A DNA stretch of 64,000 nucleotides, from positions 62,001-126,000 of the forward strand of contig BROI01000029.1 in the NCBI GenBank assembly GCA_027923505.1. The letters run 5' to 3'. This DNA comes from Mayamaea pseudoterrestris (taxonomy: Eukaryota). The position numbers and the translations under genes are program-made. The notes under the pieces were generated by a model, which worked only from the letters and a program-made list of their open reading frames with translations, was not told the DNA's origin and did not search any database. Positions 48,006 through 60,800 of this stretch are shown here, one piece after another; the stretch's first letter is position 1, and every line of letters begins with the position of its first letter.

Positions 48006-48854
48006 ATGGGAAAGAAGAGCAAAAAGGGCCGCACGAATACCAAGCCCAAGCATCACGCGGCTGGAGCAGGAGGAAGTCGTCGATCCGCAGGATCCGTTGC
48101 GAGCGACATGCATTCGCAGTCTCAAGCGACTGCTTCAGTCGATGGCTTTGGAAATAAGCATGCCGCCATGCACATGAGCAAGCCTACGACCAAGGCGCCG
48201 CCTGTCAGCGTCATGGTGCCGAGTCCAATGCCGGAAAACAAGACGCTGCCGTCCTTGCTTGGCGACGACAATACGAAAGGTGCGACGGATGACGACGACA
48301 TTCAACAGACGCCATCCTCGACAGCGGAAAGTACGCCCGAGCCATCGCCAACCAAGGCGAACACGACGACGGACAAGAAGGAAGCTGCTGCTGCTGCTGC
48401 TGCCGCCGCCGTCGTTACGGCTACCAAAGCGAACAAGGAGGAGCTTGCTGCAGCTGCTGCATCCTCGACGACTCCTGCGCCATTGTCAATTGACACCAGC
48501 AGCACGAATTCTCCTCGCAATGCCGACCTTCCGCCATTCACAATGGATGCTGTCGAAAATGACAAGGATACAAAGCAGCATCCAATCACTCCCGACGAAG
48601 TCATGCGATCAACCGTTTCCTTGCGCGAGCAATTTGATACTACACAAGATGCGGACCTCTCCATCGACAATGACAAGGCCGTCTTGGATGTCACCGTTGA
48701 TGATGTTGCTTTGAATCCAATCTTGCCAAGCGTCAAGGGCAAGAACGATTCGGATGGCGGCAGCAGCAACAACAAGAATTTGAATTTGAACGCGCCATCC
48801 TTGGAAGAGTCGAATGACGTGCAACAGGGAGGCGACTGCTGCATTATCCAGTAA
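48006..48854 (+). CDS. Hypothetical intrinsically disordered protein with C-terminal CaaX-like motif
   Basis: 282-aa ORF in ACC-ATG-G context, basic N-terminus MGKKSKK, ends in DCCIIQ-stop. Confidence 0.7.
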   Translation: MGKKSKKGRTNTKPKHHAAGAGGSRRSAGSVASDMHSQSQATASVDGFGNKHAAMHMSKPTTKAPPVSVMVPSPMPENKTLPSLLGDDNTKGATDDDDIQQTPSSTAESTPEPSPTKANTTTDKKEAAAAAAAAAVVTATKANKEELAAAAASSTTPAPLSIDTSSTNSPRNADLPPFTMDAVENDKDTKQHPITPDEVMRSTVSLREQFDTTQDADLSIDNDKAVLDVTVDDVALNPILPSVKGKNDSDGGSSNNKNLNLNAPSLEESNDVQQGGDCCIIQ

Positions 48855-49252
48855 ACGATACTTTTCTTGTGATGCTACGATTGCGAATGGCAGGAAGTGC
48901 ATGTTGGAATCATTTTGGTTGTGTCTTGGTTGGTTCTCGGTCGCGCGGCAAAGTGTTGCACCCATTGCGATAGCAGCACAATATAGAATATAAGTCGGTA
49001 ACAATTATACTATCTGGCCTTTGTAGGATAGAATGGTTTATTCTGACAAGATGCACATGTTGTATTCTTGACAAGCAGGACCAAAAGTTAATACTTACTG
49101 CACAGCAACCAGGATCAACAAAGCTTTTCAAAGCACTAATGAATAGTCCTCAAGTGTTGGTCAGCTCACTCTAAGCTTTTGAAGCTGGATAAGCTGACTC
49201 ATTTGTGTTAGGCTCACACCAGCCTTTCAACATTGAAGAAGTACCAACACAG

Positions 49253-52200
49253 TGGCAATGTGACTGGTGAGAAAAGTTCTCACCAGTCTCAGCCCACAGA
49301 TGCCTTGACATTCAAACGGCCCTACAGCAAGCCATGTATACACCCAAAACTACACCAGAATAGTAAGATGGTATGCTTGGCTGGTGTCTCAGTGGACTGG
49401 AATGTGATTGGTGGCAACTTGTCACCAGTCTCAGCCAACAGAAGCCTTGACATTCAAACACCCCTATAGCAAGCCCTGTAGGTGTCCAAAATACTTCAGA
49501 ATGGTGCCAACATCATTATTCAGGCTACGCGACAAGATGGTAGGCTTGGCTGGTGTCTCAGTGGACTGCAATGTAACTGGTGACAACTTGTCACCAGTCT
49601 CAGCCCGCAGATGCCTTGACATTCAAACGGCCCTATAGCAAGCCCTGTAGGTGTCCAAAATACAGCAGAATGGTGCCAACATCATTAATCTGGCTGCGCT
49701 ACAAGATGGTAGGCTTGGCTGGTGTCTCCGGGGATGGCAATGTATTTGGTGACAACTTGTCACCAGTCTCAGCCCACTGATGCCGTGACATTCAAATGCC
49801 CTTACATCAGGCCCTGTAGGCGCCCAAATTACACCAGAATGGTGCCAACATCATTATTCAGGCTGTGCAACAAGATGGTAGGCTTGGCTGGTGTTTCTGG
49901 GGATGGCAAATGGTGACAACTTGTCACCAGTCTCAGCTTGTCGATGCCATGACATTCAAACGCCCCTATAGCAAGCCCTGTAGGTGTCCAAATTACACCA
50001 GAATGGTGCCAACATCATTATTCAGGCTGTGCTACCAGATGATAGGCTTGGCTGGTGTCTCAGGAGATGGCAATGTATTTGGTGACAACTTGTCACCAGT
50101 CTCAGCCCGCAGATGCCGTGACATTCTAACAGACCTACAGCAGGCCGGGTAGGTGCCCAATATACACCAGAATGGTACCAACATCATTATTCAGGCTGCC
50201 CTACAGGATGGTTGGCTTGACTGGTGTCTCAGGGAATGGCAATCTATGTGGTGACAACTTGTCACCAGTCTCAGCCCGCAGATGCCATGACATTCTAACA
50301 GATCTACAGCAGGCCTGGTTGATGCCCAAATTACACTAAAATGGAGCCAACATCATTTGTTAGGCTGCGCTACAAGATGGTAGGCTTGGCTGGTGTCTCA
50401 GTGGACTGCAACGTATTTGGTGACAACTTGTCACCAGTCTCAGCCCACTGATGCCATGACATTCAAATACCCCTACATCAGGCCCTGTAGGCGCCCAAAT
50501 TACACCAGAATGGTGCCAACATCATTATTCAGGCTCCGCGACAAGATGGTAGGCTTGGCTGGTGTCTCAGGGGATGGCAATGTATTTGGTGACAACTTGT
50601 CACCAGTCTCAGCCCACAGATGCCGTGACATTCAAACACACCTACAGCAAGCCCTGCAGATGCCTAAAATACACCAGAATGGAGCCAACATCATTATTCA
50701 GGCTGCGCTACAAGATGGTAGGCTTGGCTGGTGTCTCAGGGGATGGCAATGTATTTGGTGACAACTTGTCACCAGTCTCAGCCCGCTGATGCCGTGACAT
50801 TCAAACGCCCCTATAGCAGGCCCTGTAGGTGTCCAAATTACACCAGAATTGTGTCAACATCATCATTCAAGCTGCGCGACAAGATGGTAGGCTTGGCTGG
50901 TGTCTCCAGGGATGGCAATGTATTTGGTGACAACTTGTCACCAGTCTCAGCCCTCAGATGCCGTAACATTCAAACACCCCTACAGCAAGCCCTGTAGGTG
51001 CCCAAAATACACCAGAATGGTGCCAACATCATTTTTCAGGCTGCGCTACAAGATGGTAGGCTTGGCTGGTGTCTCCGGGGATGACAATGTATTTGGTGAC
51101 AACTTGTCACCAGTCTCAGCCCGCAGATGCCGTGACATTCAAACGCCCCTACAGCAAGCCCTGTAGGTCCCCAAAATACACCAGAATGGTGCCAACATCA
51201 TTATTCAGGCTGCGCTACAAGATGGTAGGCTTGGCTGGTGTCTCAGGGGATGGCAATGTATTTGGTGACAACTTGTCACCAGTCTCAGCCCACAGATGCC
51301 GTGACATTCAAACGCCCCTACAGCAAGCCCTGTAGGTGCCCAAAATACACCAGAATGGTGCCAACAATCTTATTCAGGCTGCGCTACAAGATGGTAGGCT
51401 TGGCTGGTGTCTCAGGGGATGGCAATGTATTTGGTGACAACTTGTCACCAGTCTCAGCCCACAGATGCCGTGACATTCAAACACCCCTACAGCAAGCCCT
51501 GTAGGTGCCCAAAATACACCAGCATGGTGCCAACATCATTATTCAGACTGCGCTACAAGATGGTAGGCTTGGCTGGTGTCTCAGGGGATGGCAATGTATT
51601 TGGTGACTATTTGTCACCAGTCTCAGCCCACAGATGCCATGACATTCAAACACCCCTGTAGCAAGCCCTGTAGGTCCCCAAAATACACCAGAATGGTGCC
51701 AACATCATTATTCAGGCTGCGCTACAAGATGGTAGGCTTGGCTGGTGTCTCAGGGGATGGCAATGTATTTGGTGACAACTTGTCACCAGTCTCAGCCCAC
51801 TGATGCCGTGACATTCAAACGCCCCTACATCAGGCCCTGTAGGTGCCCAAAATACACCAGAATGGTGCCAACATCATTTTTCAGGCTGCGCTACAAGATG
51901 GTAGGCTTGGCTGGTGTCTCCGGGGATGGCAATGTATTTGGTGACAACTTGTCACCAGTCTCAGCCCACTGATGCCATGACATTCAAACGCCCCTACATT
52001 GGGCCCTGTAGGTGCCCAAAATACACCAGAATGGTGCCAAAATCATTTTTCAGGCTGCGCTACAAGATGGTATGCTTGGCTGGTGTCTCCGGGGATGGCA
52101 ATGTATTTGGTGACAACTTGTCACCAGTCTCAGCCTGCAGATGCCATGACATTCAGACACACCTACAGCATGCCCGGTAGGTGCCCAAACTACACCAGAA

Positions 52201-54315
52201 TGGTGCCAACATCCTTATTCAGGCTGCGCTACAAGATGGTATGTCTGGCTGGTGTCTCAGGGGATGGCAATGTATTTGGTGACAACTTGTCACCAGTCTC
52301 AGCCCGCAGATGCCATGACATTCAAACGCCCCTACAGCAAGCCCTGTAGGTGCCCAAAATACACCAGAATGGTGCCAACATCATTATTCAGGCTGCGCTA
52401 CAAAATGGTAGGCTTGGCTGGTGTCTCCGGGGATGGCAATGTATTTGGTGACAACTTGTCACCAGTCTCAGCCTGCTGATGCCGTGACATTCAAACACAC
52501 CTACAGCAAGCCCTGTAGGTGCCCAAATTACACCAGCATGGTGCCAACATCATTTTTCAGGCTGCGCTACAAGGTGGTAGGCTTGGCTGGTGTCTCAGGG
52601 GATGGCAATGTATTTGGTGACAATTTGTCACCAGTCTCAGCCCACAGATGCCGTGACATTCAAACGCCCCTACAGCAAGATCTGTAGGTGCCCAAAATAC
52701 ACCAGATTGGTGTCAACATCATTATTCAGGCTGCGCTACAAGATGGTAGGCTTGGCTGATGTCTCCGGGGATGGCAATGTATTTGGTGACAACTTGTCAC
52801 CAGTCTCAGCCCACTGATGCCATGGCATTCAAACGCCCCTACATCGGGCCCTGTAGGTGCCCAAAATACACCAGAATGGTGCCAAAATCATTTTTCAGGC
52901 TGCGCTACAAGATGGTATGCTTGGCTGGTGTCTCCGGGGATGGCAATGTATTTGGTGACAACTTGTCACCAGTCGCAGCCCACTGATGCCATGACATTCA
53001 AACGCCCCTACATTGGGCCCTGTAGGTGCCCAAAATACACCAGAATGGTGCCAAAATCATTTTTCAGGCTGCGCTACAAGATGGTATGCTTGGCTGGTGT
53101 CTCCGGGGATGGCAATGTATTTGGTGACAACTTGTCACCAGTCTCAGCCTGCAGATGCCATGACATTCAGACACACCTACAGCATGCCCGGTAGGTGCCC
53201 AAACTACACCAGAATGGTGCCAACATCCTTATTCAGGCTGCGCTACAAGATGGTATGTCTGGCTGGTGTCTCAGGGGATGGCAATGTATTTGGTGACAAC
53301 TTGTCACCAGTCTCAGCCCGCAGATGCCATGACATTCAAACGCCCATACAGCAAGCCCTGTAGGTGCCCAAAATACACCAGAATGGTGCCAACATCATTA
53401 TTCAGGCTGCGCTACAAAATGGTAGGCTTGGGTGGTGTCTCCGGGGATGGCAATGTATTTGGTGACAACTTGTCACCAGTCTCAGCCTGCTGATGCCGTG
53501 ACATTCAAACACACCTACAGCAAGCCCTGTAGGTGCCCAAATTACACCAGCATGGTGCCAACATCATTTTTCAGGCTGCGCTACAAGGTGGTAGGCTTGG
53601 CTGGTGTCTCAGGGGATGGCAATGTATTTGGTGACAATTTGTCACCAGTCTCAGCCCACAGATGCCGTGACATTCAAACGCCCCTACAGCAAGATCTGTA
53701 GGTGCCCAAAATACACCAGATTGGTGTCAACATCATTATTCAGGCTGCGCTACAAGATGGTAGGCTTGGCTGGTGTCTCAGGAGATGGCAATGTATTTGG
53801 TGACAACTTGTCACCAGTCTCAGCCCAGAGATGCCGTGACATTCAAACGCCCCTACATCGGGCCCTGTAGGTGCCCAAAATACACCAGAATGTTGCCAAC
53901 ATCATTTTTCAGGCTGCGCTACAAGATGGTAGGCTTGGCTGGTGTCTCCGGGGATGGCAATGTATTTGGTGACAACTTGTCACCAGTCTCAGCCCGCTGA
54001 TGCCGTGACATTCAAATGCCCCTATAGCAAGCCCTGTAGGTGTCCAAATTACACCAGAATGGTGCCAACATCATTATTCAAACTGCGCGACAAGATGGTA
54101 GGCTTGGCTGGTGTCTCCGGGGATGGCAATGTATTTGGTGACAACTTGTCACCAGTCTCAGCCCACTGATGCCGTGACATTCAAACGCCCCTATAGCAAG
54201 CCCTGTAGGTGTCCCAAATACACCAGAATGGTGCCAACATCATTGTTCAGGCTGCGCTACAAGAAAAACTGCCTGGCTGGTCCCTTAGTAGACTGCAATG
54301 TGATTGGTGACAGCT
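49253..54315 (+). repeat. Satellite A: 169-bp tandem array, about 30 copies (forward block 1)
   Basis: Monomer ...GGCAATGTATTTGGTGACAACTTGTCACCAGTCTCAGCCC...CCTACAGCAAGCCCTGTAGG... The ORF track starts recur every 169 bp. Edge copies are more diverged. Confidence 0.97.
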
Positions 54316-54319
54316 AACT

Positions 54320-57059
54320 GGCATGTATAAAGGATGCAGGATGTGCTATCCATTCAATGGTATACCTTCAAACCCTCCAGTAAAATGACTGGTGTTGGGT
54401 TCAGCCATGGTTTCAGCTATTCAAATACAAACACACTCAATAGCCAGAGCCATGAGCCAGCCTGCTTCAATATGAGTCTTTGCGATTGCTAGGCATGGCT
54501 TAAAGATCCAGGATGTGCAACCCATTAACCCTTTACCTTCAAACCCTCCAGTAGAATGACCTGGGTTTGGTTCATCAATGGTTTCAGCTATTCAAATACA
54601 AACACACTCAATAGCTATAGCCATGAGCCAGCCAGTTTTAATCTGAGTCTTGGTGGTTGCAAGGAATGGATTATGGATGTAGGATGTGCAATCCGTTCAA
54701 TGGTTTACCTTCACACCCTCCAGTAAAATGACTGGGGTTGGGTGGGGTTTGGTGGTGTCTGGCAGGCACATGGGTTTCAGCTATTCAAACACACTCAATA
54801 GCCATAGCCATGGGCCATCCAGCTTCAATATGAGGCTCTGCGGTTGCTAGGAATGCTTAAAGGATGCAGGATGTGCAATTCATTCAATGGTATACCTACA
54901 ACTCCTCCAGGAAAATGACCGGGGCTGGGTTCGGCATGGGTCCAACTACTCAATTATAAACAAACTCAATAGCCATAGGCATGTGCCAGCCAGCTTCAAT
55001 CTGAGTCTCTGCGGTTGCTAGGCATGCATAAAGGATGCAGGATGTGCAATCCATTCAATGGTATACCTTCAAACCCTCCAGTAAAATGACCGGGGTTGGG
55101 TTCAGCCATGTTTTCAGCTATTCAAATACAAACACACTCAATAGCCATAGCCATAGCCATGAGCCAGCCTGCTTCAATATGAGTCTCTGCGATTGCTAGG
55201 CATGGATTAAAGATCCAGGATGTGCAATCCATTCAACCGTATACCTTGAAACCCTCCAGTAAAATGACTGGGGTTGGGTTCAGCCATGGTTTCAGCTATT
55301 CAAATACAAACACACTCAATAGCCACAGCATGAGCCAGCCAGCTTCAATATGAGTCTCTGCGGTCGCTAGGCATGCATAAAGGATGTAGGCTGTGCAATC
55401 TATTCAATGGTTTACCTTCACACCCTCCAGTAAAATGACCGGGGTTGGGTGGGGTTTGGTGGTGGCTAGCAGGCACCTTGGTTTCAGCTATTCAATCACA
55501 CTCAATAGCCATAGCCATGGGCCATCCAGCTTCAATATGAGTCTCTGCGGTTGCTAGGCATGCATAAAGGATGCAGGATATGCAATCCATTCAATGGTAT
55601 ACCTACAACTCCTCCAGTAAAATGACCGGGGTGGGGTTTGGCATGGGTCCAGCTACTCAAATATAAACACACTCAATAGCCATAGGCATGTGCCAGCCAG
55701 CTTCAATCTGAGTCTCTGCGGTTGCTAGGCATGTATAAAGGATGCAGGATGTGCAATCCATTCAATGGTATACCTTTAAACCCTCCAGTAAAATGACCTG
55801 GGTTGGATTCAGCCAAGGTTGCAGCTATTCAAATACAAACACACTCAATAGCCATAGCCATGAGCCAGCCTGCTTCAATATGAGTCTCTGCGGTTGCTAG
55901 GCATGGATTAAAGATCCAGGATGTGCAATCCATTCAACCGTATACCTTCAAACCCTCCAGTAAAATGACTGGGGTTGGGTTCAGCCATGGTTTCAGCGAT
56001 TCAAATACAAACACACTCAGTAGCCATAGCCATGAGCCAGCCAGCTTCAATCTGAGTCTTTGCAGATGCCAGGCATGGATTATGGATGTAGGATGTGCAA
56101 TCCGTTCAATGGTTTACCTTCACACCCTTTAGTAAAATGACCGGGGTTGGGTGGGGTTTGGTGGTGTCTGGCATGCACATGGGTTTCAGCTATATAAACA
56201 CACTCAATAGCCAAAGACATGGGCCATCCAGCTTCAATATGAGGCTCTGCGGCTGCTAGGAATGCTTAAAGGATGCAGGATGTGCAATCCATTCAATGGT
56301 ATACCAACAACTCCTCCAGGAAAATGACCGGGGTTGGGTTTAGCATGGGTCCAGCTAATCAACTATAAACACACTCAATAGACAAAGGCATGTGCCATCC
56401 AGCTTCAATCTGAGTTTCTGCGGTTGCTAGGCATGTATAAAGGATGCAGGATGTGCAATCCATTCAATGGTATACCTTCTAACCCTCCAGTAAAATGACC
56501 GGGGTTGGGTTCATTCATGGGTCCAGCTACTCAAATACAAACACACTCAAAAGCCATAGCCATTAGCCAGCCTGCTTCAATATGAGTCTCTGCGATTGCT
56601 AGGCATGGATTATGGATGTAGAATGTGCAATCCATTCAATGGTTTACCTTCACAATCTATAGTAAAATGACCGGGGTTGGGTGGGGTTTGGTGGTGTCTG
56701 CCAGGCACATGGGTTTCAGCTATTCAAACACACTCAATAGCCATATCCATGGGCCATTCAGCTTCAATATGAGTCACTGTGGTCGCTAGGCATGGATTAT
56801 AGATCCAGGATGTGCAATCCATTCAATGGTATTCCTTCAAACCCTCCAGTAAAATGAATGGGGTTGGGTTCAGCCATGGTTTCAGCTATTCAAATACAAA
56901 CACACTTGATAGCCATAGCCATGAACCAGCCAGCTTCAATAAGAGTCTCTGTGGTTCCAAGGCATGGATTATGGATGTAGGATGTGCAATCCATTTAATG
57001 TTATACCTTCAAACCCTCCAGATATTGACCTGGGTTGGGTTCAGCAATGGTTTCAGCTA
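54320..57059. repeat. Satellite B: ~171-172/187-bp monomers, 15 full plus 1 partial, 4-mer higher-order repeat
   Basis: Monomer starts at about 54320, 54492, 54663, 54850, 55021, 55199, 55370, 55557, 55728, 55900, 56072, 56259, 56430, 56602, 56789 and 56961. The 187-bp variant carries GGGGTTGGGTGGGGTTTGGTGG. Confidence 0.95.
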
Positions 57060-57875
57060 CACCCCTATAGCAAGCCCTGTAGGTGTCCAAAATACACCAG
57101 AATGGTGCCAACATCATTATCCAAGCTGCGCAACAATATGGTAGGCTTGGCTGGTGTCTCACGGGATGGCAATGTATTTGGTGACAACTTGTCACCAGTT
57201 TCAGCCCGCTGATGCCATACACTCAGACACACCTACATCAGGCCCGGTAGGTGCCCAAATTACACCAGAATATTGCCAACCTCATTATTCCGGCTGCGCT
57301 ACAAAATGGTAGGCTTGCCTGTTGTCTCCGTGGATGGCAATGTATTTGGTGACAACTTGTCACCAGTCTCAGCCCACAGATGCCGTGACATTCAAACGCC
57401 CCTACATCAGGCCCTGTAGGTGCCCAAATTACACCAGAATGGTGCCAACATCTCTTTTTAGGCTGTGCTACAAAATGGTAGGCTTGCCTGGTGTCTCCGG
57501 GGATGGCAATGTATCTGATGACAACTTGTCACCAGTCTCAGCCCGCAGATGCCGTGACATTCAAACGCCCCTACATCAGGCCATGTGGGTTTCCAAATTA
57601 CACCAAAATTGTGTCATCATCATTATTCAGGCTGCGCTACAAGATGGTAGGCTTGGCTGGTGTCTCAGGGAATGGCAATGTATTTGGTGACAACTTGTCA
57701 CCAGTCTCAGCCTGCTGATGCCGTGACATTCAAACGCCCCTACATCAGGCCCTGTAGGTGTCCAAATTACACCAGAATGGTGCCAACATCATTATTATTT
57801 AGGCTGCGCTACAAGATGGTAGGCTTGGCTGGTGTCTCCGGGGATGGCAATGTATTTGGTGACAACTTGTCACCA
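57060..57875 (+). repeat. Satellite A forward block 2 (about 5 copies)
   Basis: The same 169-bp monomer resumes at ACCCCTATAGCAAGCCC directly after satellite B. Confidence 0.95.
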
Positions 57876-60800
57876 TTTGGGCACCTACAGGGTTTGCTGT
57901 AGGGGTGTTTGAATGTCATGGCATCAGCGGGCTGAGACTGGTGACAAGTTGTCACCAATTACATTGCCATCCCCTGAGACACCAGCCAAGCATACCATTT
58001 TGTAGCGCAGCCTGAATAATGATGTTGGCATCATTCTAGTGTAATTTGGGCACCTACAGGGCCTGATGTAGGGGCGTTTGAATGTCACGGCTTCAGTGGG
58101 CTGAGACTGGTGACAAGTTGTCACCAAATATATTGCCATCCCCAAAGGCACCAGCCAAGCCTACCATCTTGTTGCGCAGCCTGAACAATGATGTTGGCAC
58201 CATTCTGGTGTATTTTGGGCACCTACAGGGCTTGCTTTAGGGGGCGTTTGAATGTCACGGCATCAGCGGGCTGAGACTGGTGACAAGTTGCCACCAAATA
58301 CATTGCCATCCCCTGAGACACCTGCCAAGCCTACCATCTTGTTGCGCAGCCTGAATAATGATGTTGGCACCATTCTGGTGTATTTTGGGCACCTACAGGG
58401 CTTGCTGTAGGGGCATTTGAATGTCATGGCATCAGCGGGCTGAGACTGGTGACAATTTGTCACCAAATACATTGCCATCCCCTGAGACACCAGCCAAGCC
58501 TACCATCTGGTTGCGCAGCCTGAATAATGATGTTGGCACCATTCTGGTGTATTTTGGGCACCTACATGGCTTGCTGTAGGGGCGTTTGAATGTCACGACT
58601 TCTGCGGGCTGAGACTGGTGACAAGTTGTCACCAAATACATTGCCATCCCCTTAGACACCAGCCAAGCCTACCATCTTGTAGCGCAGCCTGAATAATGAT
58701 GTTTGCAGCATTCTGGTGTATTTTGGGCACCTACAGGGCTTGCTGTAGGGGCGTTTGAATGTCACGGCATCTGCGGGCTGAGACTGGTGACAAGTTGTCA
58801 CCAAATACATTGCCAACCCATGAGACACCAGCCAAGCCTACCATCTTGTTGCGCAGCCTGATTAATGATGTTGGCAGCATTCTGGTGTATTTTGGGCACC
58901 TACAGGGCTTGCTGTAGTGGCGTTTGAATGTCACGGCATCTGCAGGCTGAGACTGGTGACAGGTTGTCACCAAATACATTGCCATCCCCTGAGACACCCA
59001 CCAAGCCTACCATCTTGTCGCGCAGCCTGAATAATGATGTTGGCAGCATTCTGGTGTTTTTTGGGCACCTACAGGGCTTGCTGTAGGGGTGTTTGAATGT
59101 CACGGCATCTGCGGGCTGAGACTGGTGACAAGTTGTCACCAAATACATTGCCATCCCCGGAGACACCATCCAAGCCTACCATCTTGTAGCGCAGCCTGAA
59201 AAATGATGTTGGCAGCATTCTGGTGTAATTTGGGTGTATACAGGGCATGTTATAGGGGCAATTATACGTCACAGCATCTGCAGGCTGAGACTGGTGACAA
59301 GTTGTCACCAAATACATTGCCATCGCCAGTGACACCAGCCAAGTCTACCATCTTGTAGCGCAGCCTGAAAAATGATGTTGGCACCATTCTGGTGTAATTT
59401 GGACACCTACAGGGCTTGCTATAGGGGTGTTTGAATGTCATGGCATCGACGGCTGAGACTGGTGACAGGTTGTCACCAAATACATTGCCATCCCCTGAGA
59501 CACCCACCAAGCCTACCATCTTGTCGCGCAGCCTGAATAATGATGTTGGCAGCATTCTGGTGTTTTTTGGGCACCTACAGGGCTTGCTGTAGGGGCGTTT
59601 GAATGTCACGGCATCTGCGGGCTGAGACTGGTGACAAGTTGTCACCAAATACATTGCCATCCCCGGAGACACCATCCAAGCCTACCATCTTGTAGCGCAG
59701 CCTGAATAATGATGTTGGCAGCATTCTGGTGTATTTTGGGCACCTACAGGGCTTGCTGTAGGGGCGTTTGAATGTCACGGCATCTGCGGGCTGAGACTGG
59801 TGACAAGTTGTCACCAAATACATTGCCACCCCAAGAGACACCAGCCAAGCCTACCATCTTGTTGCGCAGCCTGAATAATGATGTTGTCACCATTCTGGTG
59901 TAATTTGGACACCTACAGGGCTTGCTGTAGGGGCGTTTGAATGTCCCGGCATCTGCGGCCTGAGACTGGTGACAAGTTGTCACCAAATACATTGCCATCC
60001 CCTGAGACACCAGCCAAGCCTACCATCTTGTAGAGCAGCCTAATTAAGGATGTTGGCACCCTACAGGGCTTGCTATAGTGGCGTTTGAATGTCACGGCAT
60101 CTGTGGGCTGAGACTGGTGACAAGTTGTCACCAAATACATTGCCATCCCCTGAGACACCAGCCAAGCCTACCATCTGGTTGCGCAGCCTGCATAATGATG
60201 TTGGCACCATTCTGGTGTATTTTGGGCACCTACAGGGCTTGCTGTAGGGGCGTTTGAATGTCACGGCATCTGCAGGCTGAGACTGGTGACAGGTTGTCAC
60301 CAAATACATTGCCATCCCCTGAGACACCCACCAAGCCTACCATCTTGTCGCGCAGCCTGAATAATGATGTTGGCAGCATTCTGGTGTATTTTGGGCACCT
60401 ACAGGGCTTGCTATAGGGGCGTTTGAATGTCACGGCATCAGCGGGCTGAGACTGGTGACAAGTTGTCACCAAATACATTGCCATCCCCGGAGACACCAGC
60501 CAAGCCTACCATCTTGTAGCGCAGCCTGAAAAATGATGTTGGCAACATTCTGGTGTATTTTGGACACCTACAGGGCCTGATGTAGGGGCGTTTGAATGTC
60601 CCGGCATCCGCGGGCTGAGGCTGGTGAGAAGTTGTCACCAAATACATTGCCATCCCCTGAGACACCAGCCAAGCCTACCATCTTGTAGAGCAGCCTGATT
60701 AATGATGTTGGCACCCTACAGGGCTTGCTGTAGGGGCGTTTGAATGTCACGGCATCTGCGGGCTGAGACTGGTGACAAGTTGTCACCAAATACATTGCCA

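Noticed and set aside
54730..56700. G-rich GGGGTTGGGTGGGGTTTGG stretches as telomeric repeats
   Set aside because: They are not regular TTAGGG-type arrays and occur once per 187-bp monomer variant.
49253..57059. Satellites A/B as 5S rRNA, tRNA or snRNA tandem gene arrays
   Set aside because: No recognisable 5S, tRNA cloverleaf, Pol III box or oligo-T terminator pattern by eye. An Rfam search would be needed to exclude this fully.
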